Part shown: positions 23,164-31,980 of the stretch, one piece after another
How positions within the stretch are numbered: position 1 is the first letter of the stretch
Layout of the letters: the number at the start of each line of letters is the position of its first letter
From: Gammaproteobacteria bacterium
GTDB taxonomy: Bacteria; Pseudomonadota; Gammaproteobacteria; UBA4575
Direction: 5' to 3'
Length of the DNA: 64,000 nt
NCBI GenBank assembly: GCA_965222615.1
Contig: CBDCUI010000009.1
Coordinates: 832,001 to 896,000, forward strand
The notes under the pieces: generated by a model
Databases searched by the model: none
The model's input: the letters and a program-made list of their open reading frames with translations, nothing else
What the model was told of the DNA's origin: nothing
Position numbers and translations under genes: made by a program

Positions 23164-24122
23164 TAATTCGGAAATACTAATACTTCTTGAATAGTATCTA
23201 CTCCCAGTAAAGGCATTAATAGACGATCGACTCCCAGAGCAACACCTGCACAATCTGGTAATCCTGCTTGTAATGCATCAATAAACTTCATGTCGATGTC
23301 AACTTGTTTTTTATTGTTTTGCTTACGTTTGATGTTGTCTGATTTAAACCGCTCGAATTGTTCATCTGCATCCGTAAGTTCTTGGAAGCCGTTTGCAAGC
23401 TCGATTGTTCCAAAATATAACTCAAAACGTTCGGCTACACCGTGCTGGTTAATTTTAGCAAGGGCAGCTTGTTGCTTTGGGAAATCGTATATAAAAGTTA
23501 ATTGGTTTTTTGGCAACTGCGGTGCAATCACTTGATCGAGTAATAACTCTTGATAACCCTGCGTAGATAATTTTTCAGTTAAAGAAATATTTGCTTGTTG
23601 ACAAGCATGAATATATTCAGCTTGGCTTGCTTGCCATGGATCAATTTCACAATATTTAATAAAGGTATCTTGATAAGTTATAAATTCTGTTTCAGCAAGC
23701 TTAATTTGATCGTTTAATACAAACTTTATTAACTCATCTACCTCATGCATTAGTTTTTTGTAATCACAGCCCATGCGATACCACTCGAGCATGGTAAACT
23801 CAAAATGGTGATATCTTCCAATCTCACCAGCTCTAAATACCTTACAGAGTTGATAAATATCGCGCTTGAAAAAGGCCAGCATCCTTTTCATAGCATATTC
23901 GGGTGAAGTATGCAGAAAAAATTCAGAACCAATATCCTGCACCTTAATAGATTCAATATTGAGATCTGACACTGCGAAAGACTGAATTATGGGGGTTTCA
24001 ATTTCTAGCACATCACGCGCAGCAAAAAAATTTCGAATTTGACAATAAAGCTTCGCACGAACTTCTAAACCATATTCTGAGCTGATAGGTTCCCAATCAG
24101 TACTGTTAGTTACATTGCACAA
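23160..24122 (-). CDS. epmA: EF-P lysine aminoacylase
   Basis: LHTSPEYAMKR, EFTMLEWYR, ELANGFQEL, GVALGVDRL; adjacent to efp. Confidence 0.95.
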   Translation of the reverse strand: MCNVTNSTDWEPISSEYGLEVRAKLYCQIRNFFAARDVLEIETPIIQSFAVSDLNIESIKVQDIGSEFFLHTSPEYAMKRMLAFFKRDIYQLCKVFRAGEIGRYHHFEFTMLEWYRMGCDYKKLMHEVDELIKFVLNDQIKLAETEFITYQDTFIKYCEIDPWQASQAEYIHACQQANISLTEKLSTQGYQELLLDQVIAPQLPKNQLTFIYDFPKQQAALAKINQHGVAERFELYFGTIELANGFQELTDADEQFERFKSDNIKRKQNNKKQVDIDMKFIDALQAGLPDCAGVALGVDRLLMPLLGVDTIQEVLVFPNY

Positions 24123-24279
24123 ATTAAAGTGACTTTGTTCGGCGATTGGTCTAAATATAAAAATTACAAATCTGTACTAGCGAAAAACACAAGAACGCCC
24201 TGAATTTATTAGTGCTACAATTGAGACATCTTTAACGACCTAAGAAAATTAAACCGGTCTGAATAAATTCAGAGTTTCG

Positions 24280-24849
24280 CTACTCTTTCACACGTGAGAC
24301 ATATTCTGCCGTACGTGTATCAATTCGCAATATTTCACCTTCTTCAATAAATAACGGTACTTTTACAACAGCACCAGTTTCTAATGTGGCCGGTTTTGTG
24401 CCTCCACTTGCAGTATCACCACGCACACCGGGATCAGTTTGAGTAATTTTTAATTCAACAAAGTTTGGAGCCGTTACACTGAGTGGATCACCATTTAACA
24501 AGGTTACGTTACAAGTTTCCTGCCCTTTCAACCATTGCGCTGCATCACCTACAGCGGCCTTGTTGGCTGCATACTGCTCATAAGAGTTTGGTTCCATAAA
24601 ATGCCACTGTTCCCCGTCGTTATACAGGTATTGCATGTCAATATCGATCACATCAGCACCCTCAACCGTTTCGCCTGACTTAAAGGTTCGATCCACAACT
24701 CGTCCAGTTTTGAGGTTACGTAACTTGACGCGATTGAATGCCTGGCCTTTACCTGGTTTAACAAATTCATTTTCAATGATGGTATATGGGTCACCATCTA
24801 AATTAAGCTTTAAGCCTGCACGAAATTCGTTAGTATTGTAGCTAGTCAT
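24280..24849 (-). CDS. efp: Elongation factor P
   Basis: KPGKGQAF (modified Lys), PGVRGDT, TLETGA. Confidence 0.98.
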   Translation of the reverse strand: MTSYNTNEFRAGLKLNLDGDPYTIIENEFVKPGKGQAFNRVKLRNLKTGRVVDRTFKSGETVEGADVIDIDMQYLYNDGEQWHFMEPNSYEQYAANKAAVGDAAQWLKGQETCNVTLLNGDPLSVTAPNFVELKITQTDPGVRGDTASGGTKPATLETGAVVKVPLFIEEGEILRIDTRTAEYVSRVKE

Positions 24850-24879
24850 AATCAGTTTTAGTAAAGAAGTATCAGATCA

Positions 24880-25899
24880 ATGAACCATTACAGTCTAGCA
24901 CGAGAATATGCAAGCCCAGAAATAAATTGGCAACAACAATATAAAGAATCAATAACGAATATTGATACATTATGCAAAGAACTTGATTTACAAACTAGCC
25001 AACTTCCTTTTAGCTTATCTGCCAACCAACAATTTCGTTTACGTGTACCTAGAAGCTATGTACGACGCATGCAAAAATCAAATCCATTTGATCCACTACT
25101 TTTACAGGTTTTACCGCATATTTACGAAGAAAATATAGCTATGGAATATTCCTTGGATCCAGTTGGGGATCTACAAAACATTAAAAGCCCCGGTTTAATA
25201 AAAAAATATCATGGACGCGCTTTACTTCTTACTACGAGTTGCTGTGCAATTCATTGTCGCTATTGTTTTCGTAGACATTTCCCTTATACATCACATAATC
25301 CACAAAAAGATGCCTGGTCTATTGCTATTAAAAAAATAGCCAGTGATTTAAGTATCAAAGAGGTCATCCTTAGTGGTGGTGATCCATTAGTTTTATCTGA
25401 AAGTAAATTAGAAAAAATTATTCGACAATTAGAATCTATTAAACATGTAGAACGGCTACGCATACATACTCGGCTACCAGCAACAATCCCTGATCGTATC
25501 AACAGCGAACTTATTCAGCTAATAAACAATACAAAATTACAAGTAGTAATCGTTTTGCATATAAATCATTTTCAAGAATTAGATCATCAGCTGCAAGACA
25601 AACTTCGACAGCTTTCTGCTTCTAAATGTACTTTGCTAAACCAAAGTGTTTTGCTTAGAGGTATTAATGATAATGTAGATGTATTAACAAAATTAAGCGA
25701 GGCATTATTTAAAGCCAATGTTTTACCCTATTACTTGCATATTTTAGACAAGGTACAAGGAGCCACACATTTTGAAGTATCCGAATCTAAAGCATGTGAA
25801 ATAATGAAAGAACTTACAAAAAAACTACCCGGATATTTAGTCCCGAAGCTTGCAAAAGAAGAAGCAGGTAAGCCTGCCAAAACATTAGTTACGTATTGA
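24880..25899 (+). CDS. epmB: EF-P beta-lysylation lysine 2,3-aminomutase
   Basis: CAIHCRYCFRR radical SAM motif, SGGDPL, NQSVLLRGIND; divergent from efp. Confidence 0.95.
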   Translation: MNHYSLAREYASPEINWQQQYKESITNIDTLCKELDLQTSQLPFSLSANQQFRLRVPRSYVRRMQKSNPFDPLLLQVLPHIYEENIAMEYSLDPVGDLQNIKSPGLIKKYHGRALLLTTSCCAIHCRYCFRRHFPYTSHNPQKDAWSIAIKKIASDLSIKEVILSGGDPLVLSESKLEKIIRQLESIKHVERLRIHTRLPATIPDRINSELIQLINNTKLQVVIVLHINHFQELDHQLQDKLRQLSASKCTLLNQSVLLRGINDNVDVLTKLSEALFKANVLPYYLHILDKVQGATHFEVSESKACEIMKELTKKLPGYLVPKLAKEEAGKPAKTLVTY

Positions 25900-26112
25900 A
25901 TTTCTTATCAATTTATTCACTTTTTGGTTGCTAAAAAGTGCCAACATCATCACACAATTTGGTAAAAATTTTCACCAGCATATTTATTCCAGACAAAATC
26001 ACATGAATGGTCGACAAATCGCGGCATAATGGCAACCGTACAACTATTCTAATCTATACACTAGAGAATCTAGTGGATAGCGTTTTTTAAATCATTGTTT
26101 TCGTAAGGGATT

Positions 26113-27873
26113 ATGCTTCTAAACACACAAATAACCATGCCTAACCAAGACCCAATGGCCGGACAAGAATTTTCATTAGCACCTCGCAATGTACGCAAAT
26201 GGATAAAAGCTCTTCCCTACATTGACCAAAACGTTGCAGCACAACAATTTTATGATGGGCTTAGACGTTCTAATCGACAAGCTCACCCAACTAAGCAGCG
26301 ACTTGCTGCAATAGAATTAATGCGTCCTGTAGCACGCGAATTTCTCAAAGAGCAACGTAAGTATCTTATATCGCAACCATTCCCGCTTTCTAAAAAAGCT
26401 GCTGAAGTTCTTAAACTTCAACAAAACATCATCAGTGAACTTGCCGTTGCTTATAAAATTATTATTCAAGAAACCGCAAATCGAGACATACAACTAAGCC
26501 CTAAAAAGCTTATCGTGTGCATCCATCATGCAATGCGTTATATGCTGGAACAATATATAACCCTTGCGCTAGTCTATTCCGAGCCACCCCAAGGATTTTG
26601 GCAAGATTACTGCCAGCTATATAAAATGGCTGAGCTTATTGATTTAAGTCACCACCCTGTAAAAAATGAATCTCACTTAGATAATGCTAAGTCAACTGTT
26701 AACTGTTTATTTAAAAACACCTGCCTATTGTCTTTAGCAAATCTACATACTTTTGGCCATGGAGAAGCCGAAAAAATTGCTGCCTTCCTTGAATCAACAC
26801 ATCATTTAACAAATTTTTCGGAAACAAAATATGAAAATATTAATAATGAAGTACATTTCATAAATTTAGCACTAAATAAACCTCCAAGGCTATTAACGGT
26901 TGAGGATATACCTATTTCTTCTGAAAATCGTTATTTGGAAGCAAAAAGCTTGATTTCCGAATTAGAAAAAATTATAGCCAATAATAACAACAGTACTGAA
27001 ACAATTTTATCAAATTCTAGACTAAATACATCACTTGCAAAAAGATTATTAAATAAACTTACCAGCAAGCCTAAAAGAGCAAATAAAAGAGCTATTTCAT
27101 CGAAAGAACGATTAAGCGTAGTGCATGGGTTACGTGAAACAATCAACACACTTTTAAACAATGATGCTGATGAAACTGAAACAAAACCTATTCCAACAAC
27201 AAATGATTTAGATTTGTTGCCATTAGAACATGATCAAATGCATATATCAAAGCAGAGAAACTCACTGTTTACTGATAATATTGAGACAGATAAAGGTGCC
27301 GACGCATGGGATTGGGTTGGACGAGGCAATATAATAACGGGCTCGCATATAGATGCTACACATAAGCCCCAAGAAAAAAATAAGACCAATCCTGTAAAAA
27401 TCAAACCTTTTATTCAATCGTGGGAGATCAGTAACGCGAGTAACGGTGGTTATTGCTTAAAGTCTGAAAACACATCAGATTACCACTCTCAGGTTGGTGA
27501 TATTATTTTATTACGTAGAGAAAACTACCCAAATGAACCATGGCGCATTGGTATTGTACGATGGATGCAATCCCTATCTGAACGCGGGGTTAAGATTGGA
27601 ATTGAAACTTTGCACGGGCATATACAGCTCGCTAGAGTTGTCGATGCGCACTTCTCATCAAACAAATTTAAGGGCCTTGATCATATTCTGTATTTTACTG
27701 AGGAATCTGTTATAGAAAATGCAGAAAGTTTAATCGCGCCACCAAACTCAATAAAAACGGATGAGAGTTTAGAAATACAAATTGGTGGGAACAAACAAAC
27801 CGTTGCAATTAAGAACATAATCGAGCGAACCATATCCTTTGTTAGATTTACCTTTTTCATTCAGCAGCCTTGA
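26113..27873 (+). CDS. FimW-like c-di-GMP receptor (PilZ-type motifs)
   Basis: Helical N-terminus, RANKR (RxxxR), NASNGG (NxSxxG), WRIGIVRW; directly upstream of a FimX-like gene as in Pseudomonas. Confidence 0.65.
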   Translation: MLLNTQITMPNQDPMAGQEFSLAPRNVRKWIKALPYIDQNVAAQQFYDGLRRSNRQAHPTKQRLAAIELMRPVAREFLKEQRKYLISQPFPLSKKAAEVLKLQQNIISELAVAYKIIIQETANRDIQLSPKKLIVCIHHAMRYMLEQYITLALVYSEPPQGFWQDYCQLYKMAELIDLSHHPVKNESHLDNAKSTVNCLFKNTCLLSLANLHTFGHGEAEKIAAFLESTHHLTNFSETKYENINNEVHFINLALNKPPRLLTVEDIPISSENRYLEAKSLISELEKIIANNNNSTETILSNSRLNTSLAKRLLNKLTSKPKRANKRAISSKERLSVVHGLRETINTLLNNDADETETKPIPTTNDLDLLPLEHDQMHISKQRNSLFTDNIETDKGADAWDWVGRGNIITGSHIDATHKPQEKNKTNPVKIKPFIQSWEISNASNGGYCLKSENTSDYHSQVGDIILLRRENYPNEPWRIGIVRWMQSLSERGVKIGIETLHGHIQLARVVDAHFSSNKFKGLDHILYFTEESVIENAESLIAPPNSIKTDESLEIQIGGNKQTVAIKNIIERTISFVRFTFFIQQP

Positions 27874-28076
27874 ATCCCCAAGCACATCATCTACTACCTT
27901 TCAGCCGTCGGATCAGTTTGATATTTGAGCAATTTGTCACTCGAAGCCCCGTAGCTGATACCGTTCAAGAGTATAAATATGGGCATCGTCGTCTGCCTGT
28001 TGCATAAGCCATCACCATTGAGAAAATAGTGGCTGACGTCAAAAAATCTCATAAAGTACAGAATATACTAGGAATT

Positions 28077-30149
28077 ATGAATCAGCCGCTGCAACTCTTA
28101 TTTGTTAGCAGCAGCCCTAATGATGTTGAAGAGATGGTCACCACCATCAAGACATCAGGAGTGGCTGTACGTTCGCATATTGCCCAAGATGCAGAAGACC
28201 TTACCAAACTTTTAAATGAGACTCAGCCTCATATCGTGTTCCACACTATAGAGTCTGAAGAGCTGACACTAGAACAAACTGTATCCACCATTAACGGTCG
28301 CGCGCCTGAAATACCAATTATAGCGGTAACCAACTCCCCACAAACAGACCCTGTTCCCTGCATGATGCAAGGTGCTGCCAACTTAGTAAATAAAAATAAT
28401 GCAGAACATTTAAAGCTAGTAGTAAATAATACGGCAAAAACACAACTTCATATCCAACAGTTAAAAAACACTGCTGCAATTTGTGAAGAGTTAGAAACTC
28501 GTTGCCAAATGCTGATGGAAAGTTCTCGTGATGCGATTTGCTATATTCATGAAGGCATGCACACCTATGCAAATCAAAAATATTTAGAACTTTTTGATTT
28601 TTCTAACACAGATGAACTGTACGGGTTATCTATTATGGATTTAGTATCTGCAGATGACCAAGCACAGATGAAAGATATACTCAAGAGCGTTGCCAAAACA
28701 AAGCAAGGGGGAGAACTAAACCTTAACTTTAAAAAAAATGATGATGAAACTTTTCCGGCAAAATTTAACTATAGCGCGGTAACGGTCGCGGGTGAAGAAT
28801 GTACTCAAATTATTATTCAAAATTCTGAAGGTGGAGACACTAAAGAACTAGAAGAACAATTAAGTTATTTAAGTGAACGTGATATCCATACCGGTTTTTA
28901 TCATCGACGTTCTATTCTAGACCAACTGGAGTTAGCAGTAAGTGAGGCAAAAGAAGGCAAACCCACACAAGCCTTTATTCAAATTGATATCGCCAACTTT
29001 ACCGAAATCAAAGATAAATTCGGCTTGGCTGCGATTGATAAGGTAAGTTCAAATGTGGCTAATACCTTACGTAAATGCTGCACTAAAGGAGAAAACCTTT
29101 CAAAACTCACTGAGGAATCTTTTGGTATTTTAACTAGTAACTGCGATGTAGACGCTTTACAGGCTTTTGGTGCGGATGTGATTAAGAGTCTGAGCGATTT
29201 AATGACCACATCAGGCAGTGATTATGTATCGATAAAACCTGCCGTTGGAGCAGTAATCATCGATCAGTTTGCTAGCGATTTAACTGATATTCTCGATAAA
29301 GCCAAAACCTGTTGCGACGAGGCCTGGGAGAAAGAATCCAATGCTTTAGTGTTGTATATGCCTGATGATGAGCAAATGGGAGAGCGCGAAAAAGATGAAC
29401 GCTGGACCATACAATTACGCGAAGCCATTAAGGAAAATCGACTTGCACTACTCTATCAACCTATTATCAGCTTACAAGGAGAGCCTGGCGAAAGATACCA
29501 AATTTACACCGCACTCCGTAATGACAAAAATCAATTAGTCCCTGCAAGTGAATTTGTAATGCGTATTGAACGTACCGGCTACGGTAAAATGCTAGATCGT
29601 TGGATCATTCTCAATGCATTCAAAAAATTAGCAGAGCGACGCAATAAAGGCGCAGATATGCGTTTATTTATCAAACTAAGTTCAAACTCAATATTGGACA
29701 AAGACATCATTACCTGGTTACAAGAACAACTCAATAATAATGGAATATCCCCTGGGTTTGTCTGTTTTGAAATTAAAGAGCATGTACTGATCTCACATTT
29801 TAAAGAATCTAAAAATCTTGTCACAGGATTAAAAGGAATCAAATGCGAATTCGCGATCGATGCATTTGGAACGGGCGATGACCCAACAAAGATACTAAAG
29901 GCTATTCCAGCTGATTATGTGAAAATATGTAAAAGTCTAATGTCTGGAATTAGCGAAAATCAAGAGAATCAAGAGGCAATTCGTGAAATTGCAGGTGCAT
30001 TGAAGCCAATGGGTACAAAAGTAGTTTCTCAGTTTGTTGAAGATGCCGATACATTATCCACTTTGTGGAGTTTAGGAATTAATTTCACTCAAGGCAATTT
30101 CTTGCAACCACCTACTGAAGAGCCAAACTACGACTTTTCTTCAATGTAA
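28077..30149 (+). CDS. fimX: FimX-like REC-PAS-GGDEF-EAL protein (degenerate)
   Basis: SSRDAICYIHEGMHTYAN PAS, YQPIISLQG, LWSLGINFTQG EAL end; likely start ATG 28077. Confidence 0.75.
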   Translation: MNQPLQLLFVSSSPNDVEEMVTTIKTSGVAVRSHIAQDAEDLTKLLNETQPHIVFHTIESEELTLEQTVSTINGRAPEIPIIAVTNSPQTDPVPCMMQGAANLVNKNNAEHLKLVVNNTAKTQLHIQQLKNTAAICEELETRCQMLMESSRDAICYIHEGMHTYANQKYLELFDFSNTDELYGLSIMDLVSADDQAQMKDILKSVAKTKQGGELNLNFKKNDDETFPAKFNYSAVTVAGEECTQIIIQNSEGGDTKELEEQLSYLSERDIHTGFYHRRSILDQLELAVSEAKEGKPTQAFIQIDIANFTEIKDKFGLAAIDKVSSNVANTLRKCCTKGENLSKLTEESFGILTSNCDVDALQAFGADVIKSLSDLMTTSGSDYVSIKPAVGAVIIDQFASDLTDILDKAKTCCDEAWEKESNALVLYMPDDEQMGEREKDERWTIQLREAIKENRLALLYQPIISLQGEPGERYQIYTALRNDKNQLVPASEFVMRIERTGYGKMLDRWIILNAFKKLAERRNKGADMRLFIKLSSNSILDKDIITWLQEQLNNNGISPGFVCFEIKEHVLISHFKESKNLVTGLKGIKCEFAIDAFGTGDDPTKILKAIPADYVKICKSLMSGISENQENQEAIREIAGALKPMGTKVVSQFVEDADTLSTLWSLGINFTQGNFLQPPTEEPNYDFSSM

Positions 30150-30383
30150 TCGTAACTAGCTTTCCTTACACTACCTTACAATTTGCTCACATTAAACCGT
30201 ACTAGCTAGAATTTAAACTAACAGACAGAGACAGAATAAATCGAAACTAGTCATTGCCAATCAAGTGAAGTCATTTCGTGCTCGTAAGAGATAGCGATAT
30301 ACGGTTTTCGCTCTCTCACCACTACAGTTCTCTTCTTCAACAGGTTCACTCGAGAGCAAGGTGCTTTTGTTATGGCAATAGCG

Positions 30384-30433
30384 AGTACAAGGAAGTGCGA
30401 AAAAGAGTACCATCAGGGACGATGCAACTGATT
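30384..30433 (+). repeat. 50-bp double-hairpin direct repeat, copy 1
   Basis: agtacaaggaagtgcgaaaaagagtaccatcagggacgatgcaactgatt; 46/50 identical to 30516-30565 by manual alignment. Confidence 0.85.
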
Positions 30434-30515
30434 AGAGTTAGGTGATATTAAAAAAATATCAAACTGCATAACTCAACGTTTACTAAATATTGGTATAAAC
30501 GCTTTGCCTTTTTAC

Positions 30516-30565
30516 AGCACAGGGAAGTGCGAATAAGAGTTCCATCAGGGACGATGCAACTGATT
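30516..30565 (+). repeat. 50-bp double-hairpin direct repeat, copy 2
   Basis: agcacagggaagtgcgaataagagttccatcagggacgatgcaactgatt. Confidence 0.85.
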
Positions 30566-30678
30566 CATTCTTATCGATGAGTGTTACGACGTGGCAATCC
30601 AGTTAGCAACCTCTGGGAAACTACTTCGCTCTCCCAATACTTCGATTATTTTTTATATCTCCTGCAATGAGAGCGAGA

Positions 30679-30848
30679 GACTTCTTTGTGGCAACAAAGA
30701 AGTCACCAAGAAAATGCAGCCTAATTTCCTTGCCCCTTACGGGGCACACTCGCTACACAGAAAGACATGGCGGACGGCAGGATTCACATCCTGCTCAGCC
30801 TGCCTCAAATGAACCTCCCTGTTCATTTGCCAGCCGTCTTTTCTGTGT
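30679..30848. repeat. Hairpin-rich palindromic element
   Basis: Perfect stems at 30679-30704 (11 bp), 30731-30746 (6 bp), 30777-30794 (7 bp), 30806-30829 (9 bp); outer pairing 30755-30766 with 30836-30848. Confidence 0.7.
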
Positions 30849-30860
30849 GCTCGTCAAGTG

Positions 30861-30902
30861 AGCACAGGGATGTGCGAATGAGAGTTGCATCATGGAGGAT
30901 GC
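30861..30902 (+). repeat. Double-hairpin repeat, copy 3 (diverged)
   Basis: agcacagggatgtgcgaatgagagttgcatcatggaggatgc; stems gcaca/tgtgc and gcatc/gatgc. Confidence 0.75.
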
Positions 30903-30974
30903 TTTCCTTAATCTTAGCCTGCTTGTAATCGTGACTAACAGTACTTGGTTGATTAAATCTAAACTCTTAAACAT

Positions 30975-31859
30975 TTAACTTTGTTTTAATGCTTCAATAC
31001 GCTCACTCAGCGGTGGATGAGACATAAATAACTGCTGAAACCCTTTTTTAACGCCTCCTGAAATTCCAAAAGCAGCAAGTTGTCCAGGAAGATCTTCCGT
31101 CTCGTGTTGTGTCTGTAGTCTTTGCAACGCTGAAATCATTTTTTTACGTCCGGCAAGCTTTGCTCCACCAACATCTGCACGAAACTCCCTACGTCTCGAA
31201 AACCAACTAGCAATGATCAACGCCAAGAACCCTAATATCACCTCGGCAATAATGCTAACAATGAAGTAGCCAGGTCCAAATCCACGTTCTACTTTGAACA
31301 CGGCTTTGTCAACGATAAGCCCAATGACCCGTGAAATAAAAATAACAAAAGTGTTTAACACCCCTTGTAGCAAACCCATAGTAACCATATCGCCATTGGC
31401 TACATGACTTACTTCGTGACCTAACACCGCTTCGACTTCATCACGATGCATAGCCTGTAACAAACCACTACTAACTGCTACCAGGGCATTATTGCGCTGC
31501 ATTCCAGTGGCAAATGCATTGGGTTGTGGAGAGTTAAATACCCCGACTTCTGGCATACCGATACCCGCCTGCTCTGCTTGCCGTTGCACGGTCTCAACTA
31601 GCCACTGCTCAGATGCATTGCTTGGTTGTTCAATTACCTTAACACCCATTGTACGTTTGGCCATCCATTTGGAAATTGCCAATGAAATAAATGACCCCCC
31701 GAAACCAAATAAAAGTGACATGACCAAGAGGCCAGTTAATTGACCAGGCATACCATTTTGTGCCAGCCAGTCGTCTAAGCCAAGAATTCTGGCGGTGAAA
31801 CTCAGAACGATAATGATAGAAAAGTTTGTAAGTAAAAACAGGGCAATACGCGTTCCCAT
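30975..31859 (-). CDS. htpX: Membrane zinc metalloprotease HtpX
   Basis: PNAFATG, HEVSH (HExxH), SRRREFRAD, SHPPL. Confidence 0.97.
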   Translation of the reverse strand: MGTRIALFLLTNFSIIIVLSFTARILGLDDWLAQNGMPGQLTGLLVMSLLFGFGGSFISLAISKWMAKRTMGVKVIEQPSNASEQWLVETVQRQAEQAGIGMPEVGVFNSPQPNAFATGMQRNNALVAVSSGLLQAMHRDEVEAVLGHEVSHVANGDMVTMGLLQGVLNTFVIFISRVIGLIVDKAVFKVERGFGPGYFIVSIIAEVILGFLALIIASWFSRRREFRADVGGAKLAGRKKMISALQRLQTQHETEDLPGQLAAFGISGGVKKGFQQLFMSHPPLSERIEALKQS

Positions 31860-31948
31860 CAATAAAACCTCAAAGTAGTAAGATGATTAGAAGCATCAAT
31901 CTCAACAGCACTTTGTTACAGATTGACTATGATTAGTTATATTGTTAG

Positions 31949-31976
31949 ATATGTGGACAAATTATAAAGTTTCAAG
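31949..31976 (-). promoter_or_regulatory. Putative sigma-32 (RpoH) promoter of htpX
   Basis: Minus strand CTTGAA-N14-CCACATAT, close to the RpoH consensus CTTGAA-N13-17-CCCCATNT, upstream of a known heat-shock gene. Confidence 0.7.
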
Positions 31977-31980
31977 TCTC

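Noticed and set aside
23160-25899. epmA-efp-epmB cluster as a novel radical-SAM system
   Set aside because: Well-described EF-P beta-lysylation pathway
30591-30861. Two short overlapping ORFs (73 and 64 aa)
   Set aside because: Coincide with the palindromic element and show no recognisable motif
30384-30902. CRISPR array
   Set aside because: Only three repeats, ~50 bp and diverged, with spacers of 82 and 295 bp and no cas genes in the window
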